53,394 nt of DNA from a virus (taxonomy: Duplodnaviria > Caudoviricetes). Positions 1 to 9,693 of this stretch are shown in pieces. The notes beneath the pieces are model-generated. The model was given only the letters and a program-made list of their open reading frames with translations, had not been told where the DNA came from and did no database searches. The position numbers and the translations under genes are program-made. Numbering within the stretch: the stretch's first letter is position 1; each line of letters starts with the position of its first letter. The stretch spans positions 1 through 53,394 of the IMG/VR virus record IMGVR_UViG_3300021425_002207. The stretch is one strand, 5' to 3'.

Positions 1-2
1 GA

Positions 3-3000
3 GGTGGAAAGCGTCGTAGTCGTAGTGTTCGGCGTGTTAGGAGCACTGCTCGTCGTGCCAAGTCAGCACAGTTGCTTTCACATAACGAAATTGTTGAGGT
101 TTCACCTTTACGCATTGCCGTTCGTGAATCTAGAGACTTCGGTGGTGTTTTAGTACAGCCTATTGCTGGCCGTCAATCCGCTGTTGACATGAAGGCGGCT
201 ATGTTCGCCATGTATACTGCGAAGGTTCCGGTTAATGGCGAGGTCAGCGAAAAACGTGTTGGCGTTTTTGGTAGTTCTAGCCGTGCAGGTCAGGCGGCTC
301 AGGCGGCTGGTACAATTATTCTTCCGGGTGACATTTCAGATATTCGCAGTCCTATCCGTTCGCAGATTTACGAGACTTTGACTCCGGGTGGCGGTCGTGG
401 GTTGCCGAGTGGCCGTCGTTTGATTCGTGGTGCTGGCCGTACTGGTAGGGGCGCACGCAACAAGTTCCGTTGTCCTCCGGGTTTCCAGAAGGGCGGCACT
501 TTTACGAACGCACAGTTCAGTACTTGTGGCGCACAGATTTTGGGTATTCCGGGTAAAGGTGTAGGTTCGCCTTCTTCTGGCGCTCAGCGTGCTTTGGCTG
601 CTTTGGCTAGGGATGCTTCGCTTGTGCGTGAGATTGGCGATCTTCGCAGCAACCGTAATCCTTATGATATTATTCGTGCGGCGCAGATTCCTGTAGCACC
701 TAAGAAGGGTAGCCCAACTCGCCGCCAGATTTCAATTAACACTGTTCTTGCCCGAGCCGACGAGCAAGACTTTTCAGTTCGTGCTGTCCGTAGGGATGGC
801 GTGATCCTTGAACCTGTTGTTTCATTGCAGGCTCTTGGTAAACTTGATGAGTTTGACGACTTGGCTGATGGTACACTGATTGATCGTTATGAGAGCGGTC
901 AAATTGGTAAGGATATTGTTCCTGCTTTCTCTACCGGTCTTCGTGATATCTATGTTGATATTCCTGAGTCTGGTGCTGTACGTGTGAGTAGAGTTGGTGG
1001 AGAGTTGTCTCCTACCGAGGTTGAAAGTTTGCGTCGTGTGTTCCCGACTTCTTTGCGGCGTGCCGCAGACTTGCCTGATCCTAGTGCTGCTATTCGTAAT
1101 TATGCGGATGGGACAGACGGTAGGTTGACTGTTGAGTTTGGTGAACTTAAAAACAACAAGTTTGAAGTTAGTGCTAGTAAGAACGAGTTGATTCGTGTTC
1201 AGACTGCTGGTGGCAAGTCGCTTACAGTTCCTCGCTGGGTGTACGAGACATTCTTGTCTCGGTCTGCTCCTCGTCGTGCAAAAGATGCGCCTGTTTACGA
1301 AATCATGTCAGAAGAGAAGGTGTCAAACCCTTTTTTCTTGTCCACCAAGACGATTACCTCTCTCACACATCGAACCGCTAACTATCACGAGTTGATTGAG
1401 GTTCGGGCTGCTATCTTTGCGGCTAACCGTGAAAACATTCAGGTAAAGCGGATTGGTGGTGGCGCACGTCGTGCTGGTGGCCGTTCTAGGGCTTTGTTTG
1501 ATCCGGGCTTGAACCGTTACAGGTGTCCTCCGGGAACTCGTTATGGTGGTCGCATTGCTGACCAGTTTGGACGTAATTGTGGCTATTCTCTTCCACGTAC
1601 TGTCGTGAATAGTCTTGTCGATTTGGGTATCCGTATTGAGGACGCTATGGAGAAGCGTCGTCAGCGTAGGCTGGAGCGGGGTTCTCGGCGTGAGCGTCTT
1701 GGCGCAGCAATCAAGGAAAAGTATGATAATGCTTTGAATGGTCTTGCTGATGTCATGGATAAACTTGCTAATGTTTTGGATAAGACTGAGGATAAGCGTC
1801 CGGGGAAGATTGGTCCTAGTATTGCTGAGCGTCGTAATGCTGCTCAGTTAACTGATGAAGATCGTGATTTGCTTAGTGGTGAGCCGTTGGCAGATGCGTT
1901 GGATAATTTGAAGAATGTGTTGGACGATCAGGATTTCCAGAATCCTGATATTCCTGAGATTCAGAAGGCATATAAGGCTGTTGAGAAGGCTGCTGGTTTG
2001 GAGGCTGGTCGTCTTACTGATAATCCTGCGAAGAATGAGAAAGATCGTAGTATTGGCCGTCGTATCCTTGATGCTATTGCTAACATCATGGATAGGTTGG
2101 CTGATTTTGTTGATCCTGATACTTCTCGCCGTGATCGGCGTGAGCGTCGTCCTGCTGCTTCTGCTGCACCCGCTCCTAAGACTCCTCAGGCTCCGAAGAA
2201 GTTCGATTCTCCACGTAAGCCCGAAAAACTGGACAACTTTGGTCAACTTTCTATTGGTGGTCGCCGCAAGAAGGTAGACGTTCCTGAACTTCGTGATTTG
2301 TCAGATGAGGATAAGAGTAAGTTAGATAATGCTGTTCAGTCAGAGTTTAACTTTTTGTCAGGATTCTGGGCAAGTCGTTTAAACAAGGGTATTAACGATT
2401 TCTCTGAAAAAGATATTCGTAAGTACTTAAAAGCAAACAAGAACAGCACAGATGCTCGTGTTGAGCGTCGTCGGTATAACGATTGGCTTGAACTTAACGA
2501 GTTGAAGCGTGCCCAAGATGACGGGTCGTTTGATGGAGATTACGAAGATTTCGTGGGTAGGCTTGCGCCGAACCGTCGTGATTCTATTGTAAGTTCGATC
2601 AAGCCTCCTGAAGACCCTCCGGGTGATGCTGGCGATGCGGCTGGTGCGGTAGATATAGAGACTCCTGCCGATGAGTTACCTTCTCCCGGCGTAGATTACT
2701 CTTCGCAGGGCTTCGCAAAAGCACGTGGCAGCGTCGATACGCTTGAATTTTTGAATGGTCTATCTGACGAGGACTTAGAAAACTATAAGCAGGCTCACAT
2801 TGCTGAAAATTCTGCCCAGCAGGCTGCGGGTGGTCCACCTAGCAAGGTAATTGAGGACCGGATTGCACAGATTGGTCTGGTTCAGGCTATTCGTGATAAG
2901 CAGCGAGGTGTTTCTAAGCAACCGCCGACCAACAAAGACTTGTCTACAGAGGGCTTCTTTGAAGAGCGTAATAAGTTTGGCAAGCCGGTTGACAATTTTA

Positions 3001-6000
3001 TAAAGTCTTTGACCGACGAAGAACTTGACGGATACATCGAATCTTTTGATAAGAAGAAGAACGATCCTTTTGAGCCTCCTCCATCTGCCTCAATGAAGAA
3101 AGCACGAGAGTTGCTTGGCGTGGAGCGTGAAGAACGTGACGCTAAGAATAAACAAGATGCTCTAGTTGATAACGCAGATTTAGAAATGGGTGACCCTGAT
3201 CCTGATGGGTTCCATCCTGCGAGCAAGGTTGAGGACGCTGTAAACAATCCTGACCTCAATGATACCACGAATGTACCAGACAGTATCATTGACGAGAGCG
3301 CTAGCAATGTCACGGGCGTAAAGTCTACGGCAAGTAATTACAAGTATGTAGAAAACATTTATGATGATGAGCCTTTTAATGCTGAGCAGATTGGAAAAGC
3401 CAATCCAGCAACTTTGTTTGATGATCCCGATTTCGATATCAACGATCCTAAGACTCGTGTTGGCGTCCTCGTAGTAGACCGGGAGACTGGTCGTGTGATG
3501 GTGCGTCACACTAAGGACAACTTTGACGGTTATGGTTGGACATTCAGCAAGGGCGGAATCGACAATGGTGAGACTGTACATGATGCGGCTATGCGGGAGT
3601 TGTTTGAAGAAACAGGTTTGTCGGCAGACGATGTTAATGTTGTTGGTGCCTTAAATGGGTCGTATGGTGGCGGGGGCGGTAGTAAGAACTATTTCTTCAT
3701 TGCTCAGGTCAGCAATGGTGCAGATAAGTTTAATATTGATGGAAACGACGAGACAGATGATCTTGTTTTTGCTGATCCTGCTGATGTGGCTAGTTTCATT
3801 GACAAAGACACCACAAATACTGTTGGTAAAGCACGTGATTTGAAGATTGCCCAAGATTTAGATTCGTGGATTACTAGTGGCGGTGTTACTGGGGAAAAGA
3901 ATGAGAAGTTCCAGACTTCTGTTATCAACAACTTAAATGAGAGTTCTAGCCCGACAAAATCTTCTGGGGGTATTCCTGAAGATACACTGACTCCAACGAA
4001 GCATAAAGCATCTCTTGTACCCAATAACGATATGGTGCAAAAGTCAAAGCAGACAGATTTACCTCTTAAAAAAGTTGCTGCAACTATTGATGAGAATGAT
4101 GGGGCTAAGCGAGAGGCTGCTGCACAACTGTTGGCAGACTCTGGCACTGTCGATGCTTTGAATGATCCAGAGTTCTTGTTAACCGACTTTGATGTCAACG
4201 ATGAAATGTTTGACGCTATTAGCGACGGGTCAGTTAGCCGTTACGTTGAGATTCCTACGGGTGATCAGGGCATCAATGGTCAGGTCGGGTTCCCGACCAA
4301 GATGTTCCGTGATGAAGAAACCGGAAATATTTACGTTCTGAAGAAGCCCGCCCGCAACGATAAAGAGCACTTGTCTGAATCTTCAGCAGCGATTGTGGCA
4401 CAAGACTTGGGACTTCCTGTTCCTGATGTGACATTTGCTGGCAACGACTACCTTGTTAGCGGTGATGCTGAAGGGCCTTATGGGCAGAAGGTTACCAAGT
4501 TTGGTGATACAACCAACCGCCCTATGATTATTCAGCATGTCGGTAACGTGTTAGACATGAACGAAGGTGGCGGGTCAACAATTAACCATAAGCAGATGGG
4601 TGCCATGCTTGCTCAGCAATATCTAATTGGTGAGCCAGATAACCACGGTTCTAACAGGGTCAACATGGTGGATGCTAACGGCAAGAAATCAGTCTTTGCC
4701 TTTGATGCTGGTAAAGCATTCATTCCCCACGACGAAAAGTTTGGTGAAGAATTCTTTGGTTCTAGGTTTGGTGAAAGCATCAAGAGTCTTCCGGCTGAAG
4801 ATCGTAAGGCCATTATTGCTGAAACACAGAAAGCACTGAGCGGATTCGATGTGGAGGCTTCTCAGAAACGAATCCGGGATCAGGTTGATGCTGGCAATTT
4901 AACTGAGGAAGAGGCTGGCCGCTTGTTAGAGATTTCTGACTTTGTTGCACAACGCCACGGGGCGTGGAAGACTGCACTGGGTAAGGATTTTGCTGATGAT
5001 GCTTTGACTGACGATGAGTTAGAGTCAGAACTGTCGCCGTCCATTAAGATGTTCACTCCGCCTGAATCATCTTCTAAGTTTGGTAAGATTGCTGACCCTA
5101 ATGGAAATCCAACCGATCCTGATACTTATGCTGAGGGTGTTGGCCCACTGGCTTCTAAACTTTCCATTTCAGCGAATGATGTGACCAACATTCAACAGTC
5201 CTCGTCGCAGGGTGTAGTTAAGGCAATGAATAGTCCTTCGCAGATAAACAGCAAGGATGATGGCGGATATAGCCCAATGCCGGTGGTGAATGAGTTTTCG
5301 TTGGACGGTCCTGCAATTCAGGGTCAGAAAGTTTCCTTTACTGCTGGACATTTTGTAAATGAGGGCGGCGTGAACGATGGAGAGACGAAGTTTGTTAAGA
5401 ATGCCGAGTTCTCTTTAAATCTTTCCCCTGAAGCACATCAGAATTTGATTGATCAGATTGACTCTAGTGATATCCCATCTTATAAAATTTCTGGCGCACA
5501 GGAAACAGTGTTTCATTTTTCTGGAACGAACTCACCTACTTTGAAGGTTGATTCGTCTATAGACGGTACGACTATTTCAAAGAGTAAGTTTGATGGTGCT
5601 GGAAGAACTACCCTTTCCTCTTCTTATGGTCCGGGGAGTGGTAATGAATTTATTCCTAGTGACGATGGCCTTGTACGGGTTGCGGATTTTGGTGATGTTA
5701 AGGTGATGGTTTACCCTGAAGTAGCCACTGGACAAGGTGGGGAGCATGGGCTAAACCGTCGTGTCCGTGTCTTTGTTGGCGGGGATACTAGGGAATCTCT
5801 AAAGGATGGCACTGCAACGCAGGCTAGCATTGAAAGCATTTTTGCTAAAATTGGCGTTGACGCTTCGCCTCCTACAGAAACACAAATCAGGGATCAGTTG
5901 GCTCGTGACTTCTTGCGACATGCCACAAAGATGGATGCAGGTAAGAATCCTTCACCGACTTATCATAGTGGATATGGTACAGACTACGATAGTCCTGAAA

Positions 6001-6959
6001 CAATTAGCACGGCGTTAAGTAATTTATCTGCTTTCGGTATTAAGCCTGAAGATATTTCTTATTCGCTGGCAGGAGGTAAGGCTCATGTTACTTTAACTCC
6101 TGAAGCATCAAAGCGGGCGGCAAAAGAATTAGGAAAGTTACGGGCAGAAAAATTAGGACAATCTGATAAGCACACTGGCAATGTTCCTAAAGTACCGTGG
6201 TTCTACTCTAACCAGAACATCAGTATTGGAGGCTCTGACGAGCGGCAAAAGTTGATTAGCCGACTGTTCATTGATGGATCACATACCGGTTCTCTGGATA
6301 GGGCTGAAAAGTCGCAAAGTGCTGCGGCGTTTACTAATAGACGAGGCATGTCTGGAGATACCGACGCTGCTACCGGTTCAGGTGAAGGTATGTATCTACG
6401 TATGGCAGACCACGCTACTAGCGGCGCTGATGGTTCTTCTGGTGTAATTTTATTTAGCGATGATATGGTCGGTAAATTAGATGCCCAGTGGGCCGACTTT
6501 GACGTGTGGGGTAACCCTCATAGTTCGACACCTAAGAAGTGGAGTTCTACTGGTGGTCCATGGCAACATTATGTTAATGGCAATCAAACAGCCTCTTCAT
6601 CAAATGAGGTGTACATTCCTCATCAGGTTCCGTGGGCTGAATCTATGGTTAACTTAGGTGATGTGTCGTCAACAAGTCTTGAATCGCTTGAGAGCGACAT
6701 CCGTGACAGCAATATTGATTTGAGCGTTTTGAATAGCAGAAACATTATTGTGAAGAGCGGGTCGGGATATCGTTTCGTGGTTTGGGAGCAAGGTCCGAAC
6801 GGTCCTGTCATGAAGTTAGGCCCAGTTGTTAAGCGGGCACAACTTCCGAGTGCAAAGATCACTGGAAAACTAGACACATTCAAGACCGCAGAAATTAACG
6901 TATCAGAAAATACTCCTGCTACACCTAGCACTAGTACCTTTGATCCGGGTATAATTTAA
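3..6959 (+). CDS. Giant head-module multidomain protein (5'-truncated): RCPPG motifs, Nudix hydrolase, HipA/PI3-PI4-kinase-like domain, possible C-terminal ADP-ribosyltransferase-like domain
   Basis: The frame is open from nt 3 (GGKRRSRSVRR...), so the TTG at 72 is probably not the true start. Nudix box GGIDNGETVHDAAMRELFEETGL at ~3552-3620. Kinase-like motifs YVLKK..E, LGLPVP, DNHGSN and FDAGKAF at ~4330-4721. Lies upstream of the capsid gene. Confidence 0.85.
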   Translation, partial: GGKRRSRSVRRVRSTARRAKSAQLLSHNEIVEVSPLRIAVRESRDFGGVLVQPIAGRQSAVDMKAAMFAMYTAKVPVNGEVSEKRVGVFGSSSRAGQAAQAAGTIILPGDISDIRSPIRSQIYETLTPGGGRGLPSGRRLIRGAGRTGRGARNKFRCPPGFQKGGTFTNAQFSTCGAQILGIPGKGVGSPSSGAQRALAALARDASLVREIGDLRSNRNPYDIIRAAQIPVAPKKGSPTRRQISINTVLARADEQDFSVRAVRRDGVILEPVVSLQALGKLDEFDDLADGTLIDRYESGQIGKDIVPAFSTGLRDIYVDIPESGAVRVSRVGGELSPTEVESLRRVFPTSLRRAADLPDPSAAIRNYADGTDGRLTVEFGELKNNKFEVSASKNELIRVQTAGGKSLTVPRWVYETFLSRSAPRRAKDAPVYEIMSEEKVSNPFFLSTKTITSLTHRTANYHELIEVRAAIFAANRENIQVKRIGGGARRAGGRSRALFDPGLNRYRCPPGTRYGGRIADQFGRNCGYSLPRTVVNSLVDLGIRIEDAMEKRRQRRLERGSRRERLGAAIKEKYDNALNGLADVMDKLANVLDKTEDKRPGKIGPSIAERRNAAQLTDEDRDLLSGEPLADALDNLKNVLDDQDFQNPDIPEIQKAYKAVEKAAGLEAGRLTDNPAKNEKDRSIGRRILDAIANIMDRLADFVDPDTSRRDRRERRPAASAAPAPKTPQAPKKFDSPRKPEKLDNFGQLSIGGRRKKVDVPELRDLSDEDKSKLDNAVQSEFNFLSGFWASRLNKGINDFSEKDIRKYLKANKNSTDARVERRRYNDWLELNELKRAQDDGSFDGDYEDFVGRLAPNRRDSIVSSIKPPEDPPGDAGDAAGAVDIETPADELPSPGVDYSSQGFAKARGSVDTLEFLNGLSDEDLENYKQAHIAENSAQQAAGGPPSKVIEDRIAQIGLVQAIRDKQRGVSKQPPTNKDLSTEGFFEERNKFGKPVDNFIKSLTDEELDGYIESFDKKKNDPFEPPPSASMKKARELLGVEREERDAKNKQDALVDNADLEMGDPDPDGFHPASKVEDAVNNPDLNDTTNVPDSIIDESASNVTGVKSTASNYKYVENIYDDEPFNAEQIGKANPATLFDDPDFDINDPKTRVGVLVVDRETGRVMVRHTKDNFDGYGWTFSKGGIDNGETVHDAAMRELFEETGLSADDVNVVGALNGSYGGGGGSKNYFFIAQVSNGADKFNIDGNDETDDLVFADPADVASFIDKDTTNTVGKARDLKIAQDLDSWITSGGVTGEKNEKFQTSVINNLNESSSPTKSSGGIPEDTLTPTKHKASLVPNNDMVQKSKQTDLPLKKVAATIDENDGAKREAAAQLLADSGTVDALNDPEFLLTDFDVNDEMFDAISDGSVSRYVEIPTGDQGINGQVGFPTKMFRDEETGNIYVLKKPARNDKEHLSESSAAIVAQDLGLPVPDVTFAGNDYLVSGDAEGPYGQKVTKFGDTTNRPMIIQHVGNVLDMNEGGGSTINHKQMGAMLAQQYLIGEPDNHGSNRVNMVDANGKKSVFAFDAGKAFIPHDEKFGEEFFGSRFGESIKSLPAEDRKAIIAETQKALSGFDVEASQKRIRDQVDAGNLTEEEAGRLLEISDFVAQRHGAWKTALGKDFADDALTDDELESELSPSIKMFTPPESSSKFGKIADPNGNPTDPDTYAEGVGPLASKLSISANDVTNIQQSSSQGVVKAMNSPSQINSKDDGGYSPMPVVNEFSLDGPAIQGQKVSFTAGHFVNEGGVNDGETKFVKNAEFSLNLSPEAHQNLIDQIDSSDIPSYKISGAQETVFHFSGTNSPTLKVDSSIDGTTISKSKFDGAGRTTLSSSYGPGSGNEFIPSDDGLVRVADFGDVKVMVYPEVATGQGGEHGLNRRVRVFVGGDTRESLKDGTATQASIESIFAKIGVDASPPTETQIRDQLARDFLRHATKMDAGKNPSPTYHSGYGTDYDSPETISTALSNLSAFGIKPEDISYSLAGGKAHVTLTPEASKRAAKELGKLRAEKLGQSDKHTGNVPKVPWFYSNQNISIGGSDERQKLISRLFIDGSHTGSLDRAEKSQSAAAFTNRRGMSGDTDAATGSGEGMYLRMADHATSGADGSSGVILFSDDMVGKLDAQWADFDVWGNPHSSTPKKWSSTGGPWQHYVNGNQTASSSNEVYIPHQVPWAESMVNLGDVSSTSLESLESDIRDSNIDLSVLNSRNIIVKSGSGYRFVVWEQGPNGPVMKLGPVVKRAQLPSAKITGKLDTFKTAEINVSENTPATPSTSTFDPGII

Positions 6960-6973
6960 AGAAGAAAGGCAGG

Positions 6974-7435
6974 GTGCAGATGTTAGATTTAGAAAAACTT
7001 CCGAAGTGGTTTACAGACGAAGGAGAAAACGAAGAAGGCTATTTACGGTTTGTGCCGTTCACTAAAGCGCATTTCTTCTTGTTGGACAAAAAGGTTAATC
7101 CTTTTGGAAATATTGAGTTTCCTGATGAAATTAAAGGACGTATCAAAGTTAAGGGAGACGATGCGATGGTCGTCAACGGGTTCACAGTTACCTCCACTTC
7201 TGATCCACGACGGCTTAGGGTTAAGACTAATACTAACGAAGAATACGATTTAAAGTTTTTAACAGACTCAATTACATTAGAGCCGGAGATTGACGGTGAT
7301 AGCATTAGTTTCACGGTCGAAGAAGACGGTGTGACGCCTGCGGGAGACCCTTTTACGAAACTAGTTATATCTGAATTGTCGCCAGATGAACTAAGCGCCG
7401 TTAAGTCTGCCTATCAGGGAGATGATTCAGAATGA
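6974..7435 (+). CDS. Hypothetical acidic protein (153 aa)
   Basis: ORF starts 14 nt after the giant gene; purine-rich RBS (GAAAGG); no recognisable motif. Confidence 0.7.
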   Translation: MQMLDLEKLPKWFTDEGENEEGYLRFVPFTKAHFFLLDKKVNPFGNIEFPDEIKGRIKVKGDDAMVVNGFTVTSTSDPRRLRVKTNTNEEYDLKFLTDSITLEPEIDGDSISFTVEEDGVTPAGDPFTKLVISELSPDELSAVKSAYQGDDSE

Positions 7436-7770
7436 TTTTTGCTTTTGATCTTCCGATTACTCCTGTAAGGGCGATGGCTCTTGAGCGGGCACGTCCTTCA
7501 GATAGACGAAAGTTGGGTTTCAGTCCGTTGGCGGCTGAGCGTGTTTGGGCTTGGGACCCAAAAAACGAAACATTGAAAGTATTTTTGAAGCCTGATTCTT
7601 TTGCTTCAAGAGACCATAAACAGTTTAGGGCAGACTTCGGAAAGCGTCCTCCCGCCGAGCAGTGGGAGATTGTTTCTCGTGGAGATGCAAGTCCTAAATA
7701 TATCCGCCAATTTGTTGATGATCCTGAGTTGTTCAAAGACTTGAAGTGGGTTAAGTTGACAGACAAGTAG
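7432..7770 (+). CDS. Hypothetical protein (112 aa)
   Basis: ATGA start/stop overlap with the previous gene, consistent with translational coupling. Confidence 0.7.
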   Translation: MIFAFDLPITPVRAMALERARPSDRRKLGFSPLAAERVWAWDPKNETLKVFLKPDSFASRDHKQFRADFGKRPPAEQWEIVSRGDASPKYIRQFVDDPELFKDLKWVKLTDK

Positions 7771-7785
7771 GAGTCGTGCTATAAT
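7756..7785 (+). promoter_or_regulatory. Sigma70-type promoter
   Basis: TTGACA (7756) - 18 nt - TATAAT (7780), with an extended -10 TG. Confidence 0.75.
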
Positions 7786-7813
7786 TGTATGATTCACACG
7801 AAAGGAGAAAAAC

Positions 7814-8167
7814 ATGTGGATGTACACAAAGCACGGCGCTTATTCGGTTGTCGAAGACTATTCTGGAAATGAGATGGTTGTTCGCACCCGTCATCGCCAG
7901 TACCTTGAAAATTTGATGGAGGCGGCAGAGGTTTCTCACGAAATCATTGTCACCCCGGAACGAGACTACGAGTTCCGCATTGTGATTAGCAAGGCGGAGT
8001 GGGAAGTTATCGGAAAGTATCTACTTTCTTCGATTACATACCCAGACTTTAAGAGTCATCTTCACCGGTCGGGATTCTTCGATGATTCCGTGAAGGAGAC
8101 TTACGCAATCTACACAGGCGCATATAATAGTTATGTGAAGAATTCTAATTCTATTTATGCTTACTAA
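7814..8167 (+). CDS. Conserved phage hypothetical protein
   Basis: RBS GAAAGGAG. The pattern MW..TK.G.YSVV...VR.R...L..L...DY.FR is recalled from other phage proteins of unknown function. Confidence 0.8.
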   Translation: MWMYTKHGAYSVVEDYSGNEMVVRTRHRQYLENLMEAAEVSHEIIVTPERDYEFRIVISKAEWEVIGKYLLSSITYPDFKSHLHRSGFFDDSVKETYAIYTGAYNSYVKNSNSIYAY

Positions 8168-8181
8168 CATGGAGTAATAAA

Positions 8182-9693
8182 ATGGCTAAGGACCCCTTAG
8201 TTGGGCAGACGGTACCAACAAAGAAACTAGCGGAAGAACTGTCACGCATTTTGGGCTGTTCTGGTTCGCACCGAGTTGGTGACGATGCTTGGGGTCCTTG
8301 CGAGTCTCCACGTGACTTGATGAAACTCATTGAGTTAGGTAACCCTGCTTTCCGTGAATGGAAGAAAACCCAGACACGGCGTAAAGCAATTGAAGACATG
8401 ATGTCCCTTAAGGCTGCTAAAACCAAGGGCGTTTTCAAGACTCGTGATGAAGCCGAAATGGCGGCTGTTCGCCTAGGTTGTACTGGTGCTCACCAAATCC
8501 GTCAGGGTGTTTGGGCACCATGTTCTACACCTGAAGAACATAATGCGGCTCACGGCAATGCTGGCGCTGGTCGTTCTCGTATTTTGAGGGCACAGCGACC
8601 GGCACGCCGTGTGGTCGTTGATCGTCGTGTTTGGGAGAATCTGCGTGAGCGTGGCCCTCGTGGTATTGAAACTTTGCCCGGAGGTGGGTTGGTTTCAGGT
8701 AAGGCTGCTGCTAGCGATTCGTTTAAACCTACTGCTGGTATGGTTGAAGAAGCCAAGAAGGGTTTGAAGTGGCGTCGTGAGACTGGCCGTGGTGGAACGA
8801 TGGTCGGCATTGCTCGTGCTCGTGATATTGCGAATGGTAAGAATCTTCCTTATCGCACGGTCAAGAGAGTAAAGGCGTATTTTGATCGTCATCAGAGTGA
8901 TTCAAAGGCTGAGGGCTATCGTCCCGGCGAGAAGGGTTTCCCATCTAATGGTCGGATCGCTTGGGCACTGTGGGGCGGCGATGCCGGATATACGTGGGCG
9001 AAAGATATTGTTGAGCGGGTAGAGGGCACTCAGAAGTCTTTTGAGACTATTGAAGAGAAGCGTTTCTACACCCGTGCCCGCCGTATGGATTATGCGAAGC
9101 GGGGTCTAGCCCTTCCTGATGGCTCGTACCCTATTCGTGATGTGGGCGATCTTCGGAATGCTATTCAGGCTTACGGACTTGGTAAAGATCGTGAAGCGGC
9201 TAAAAGGCATATAATGAAGCGTGCCCGTGCATTGGGACGAACTGACTTGATCCCTGATAATTGGAAGACTCGGGAGAAGGCGGCTAGACGATATGGTCCG
9301 AATGATCCGAAGACTCCTGCTAAGCCGTCTGAGCGTATTAGTGGTTCACGTCGGAATAAGCCGGGAACGGCTTCTGGTACTCGTGGTGGTATCAAATTGT
9401 CGGCGGCTGTTGAGGCATCTTTAAAGAATAAAGTAAAAGAGCACAATGAGAAGATGGACAAGCGCAACAAGGAAGAGCGTCGTGTCACTCTCGGAATGTT
9501 GAAAGCCGTATGGCGACGAGGGGCTGGGGCTTTCTCCGCTACTCACCGTCCGGGCATGGGACGCCAGCAATGGGCAATGGGCCGTGTCAACGCATTCTTA
9601 AGACTTGTGTCTAGCGGTAAACCGTCAAACCCTAAGTACACAACCGACAACGATTTGCTCCCTAAGAAGCATCCACGGTCCACTCGCAAGTAG
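8182..9693 (+). CDS. Basic multidomain head-associated protein (two GC.G.H..W.PC modules, AWALWGGDAG domain, DUF6582-like, DUF5824-like)
   Basis: Motifs GCSGSH..WGPC and GCTGAH..WAPC; RIAWALWGGDAG; ALPDGSYPI..DLRNAI; LKAVWRRGAGAF..QWAMGRVNAFL. Directly upstream of the capsid gene. Confidence 0.75.
   Translation: MAKDPLVGQTVPTKKLAEELSRILGCSGSHRVGDDAWGPCESPRDLMKLIELGNPAFREWKKTQTRRKAIEDMMSLKAAKTKGVFKTRDEAEMAAVRLGCTGAHQIRQGVWAPCSTPEEHNAAHGNAGAGRSRILRAQRPARRVVVDRRVWENLRERGPRGIETLPGGGLVSGKAAASDSFKPTAGMVEEAKKGLKWRRETGRGGTMVGIARARDIANGKNLPYRTVKRVKAYFDRHQSDSKAEGYRPGEKGFPSNGRIAWALWGGDAGYTWAKDIVERVEGTQKSFETIEEKRFYTRARRMDYAKRGLALPDGSYPIRDVGDLRNAIQAYGLGKDREAAKRHIMKRARALGRTDLIPDNWKTREKAARRYGPNDPKTPAKPSERISGSRRNKPGTASGTRGGIKLSAAVEASLKNKVKEHNEKMDKRNKEERRVTLGMLKAVWRRGAGAFSATHRPGMGRQQWAMGRVNAFLRLVSSGKPSNPKYTTDNDLLPKKHPRSTRK

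Noticed and set aside
72-74. TTG start of the giant ORF
   Set aside because: The frame is open to the window edge and there is no SD, so the gene probably begins upstream of the window.
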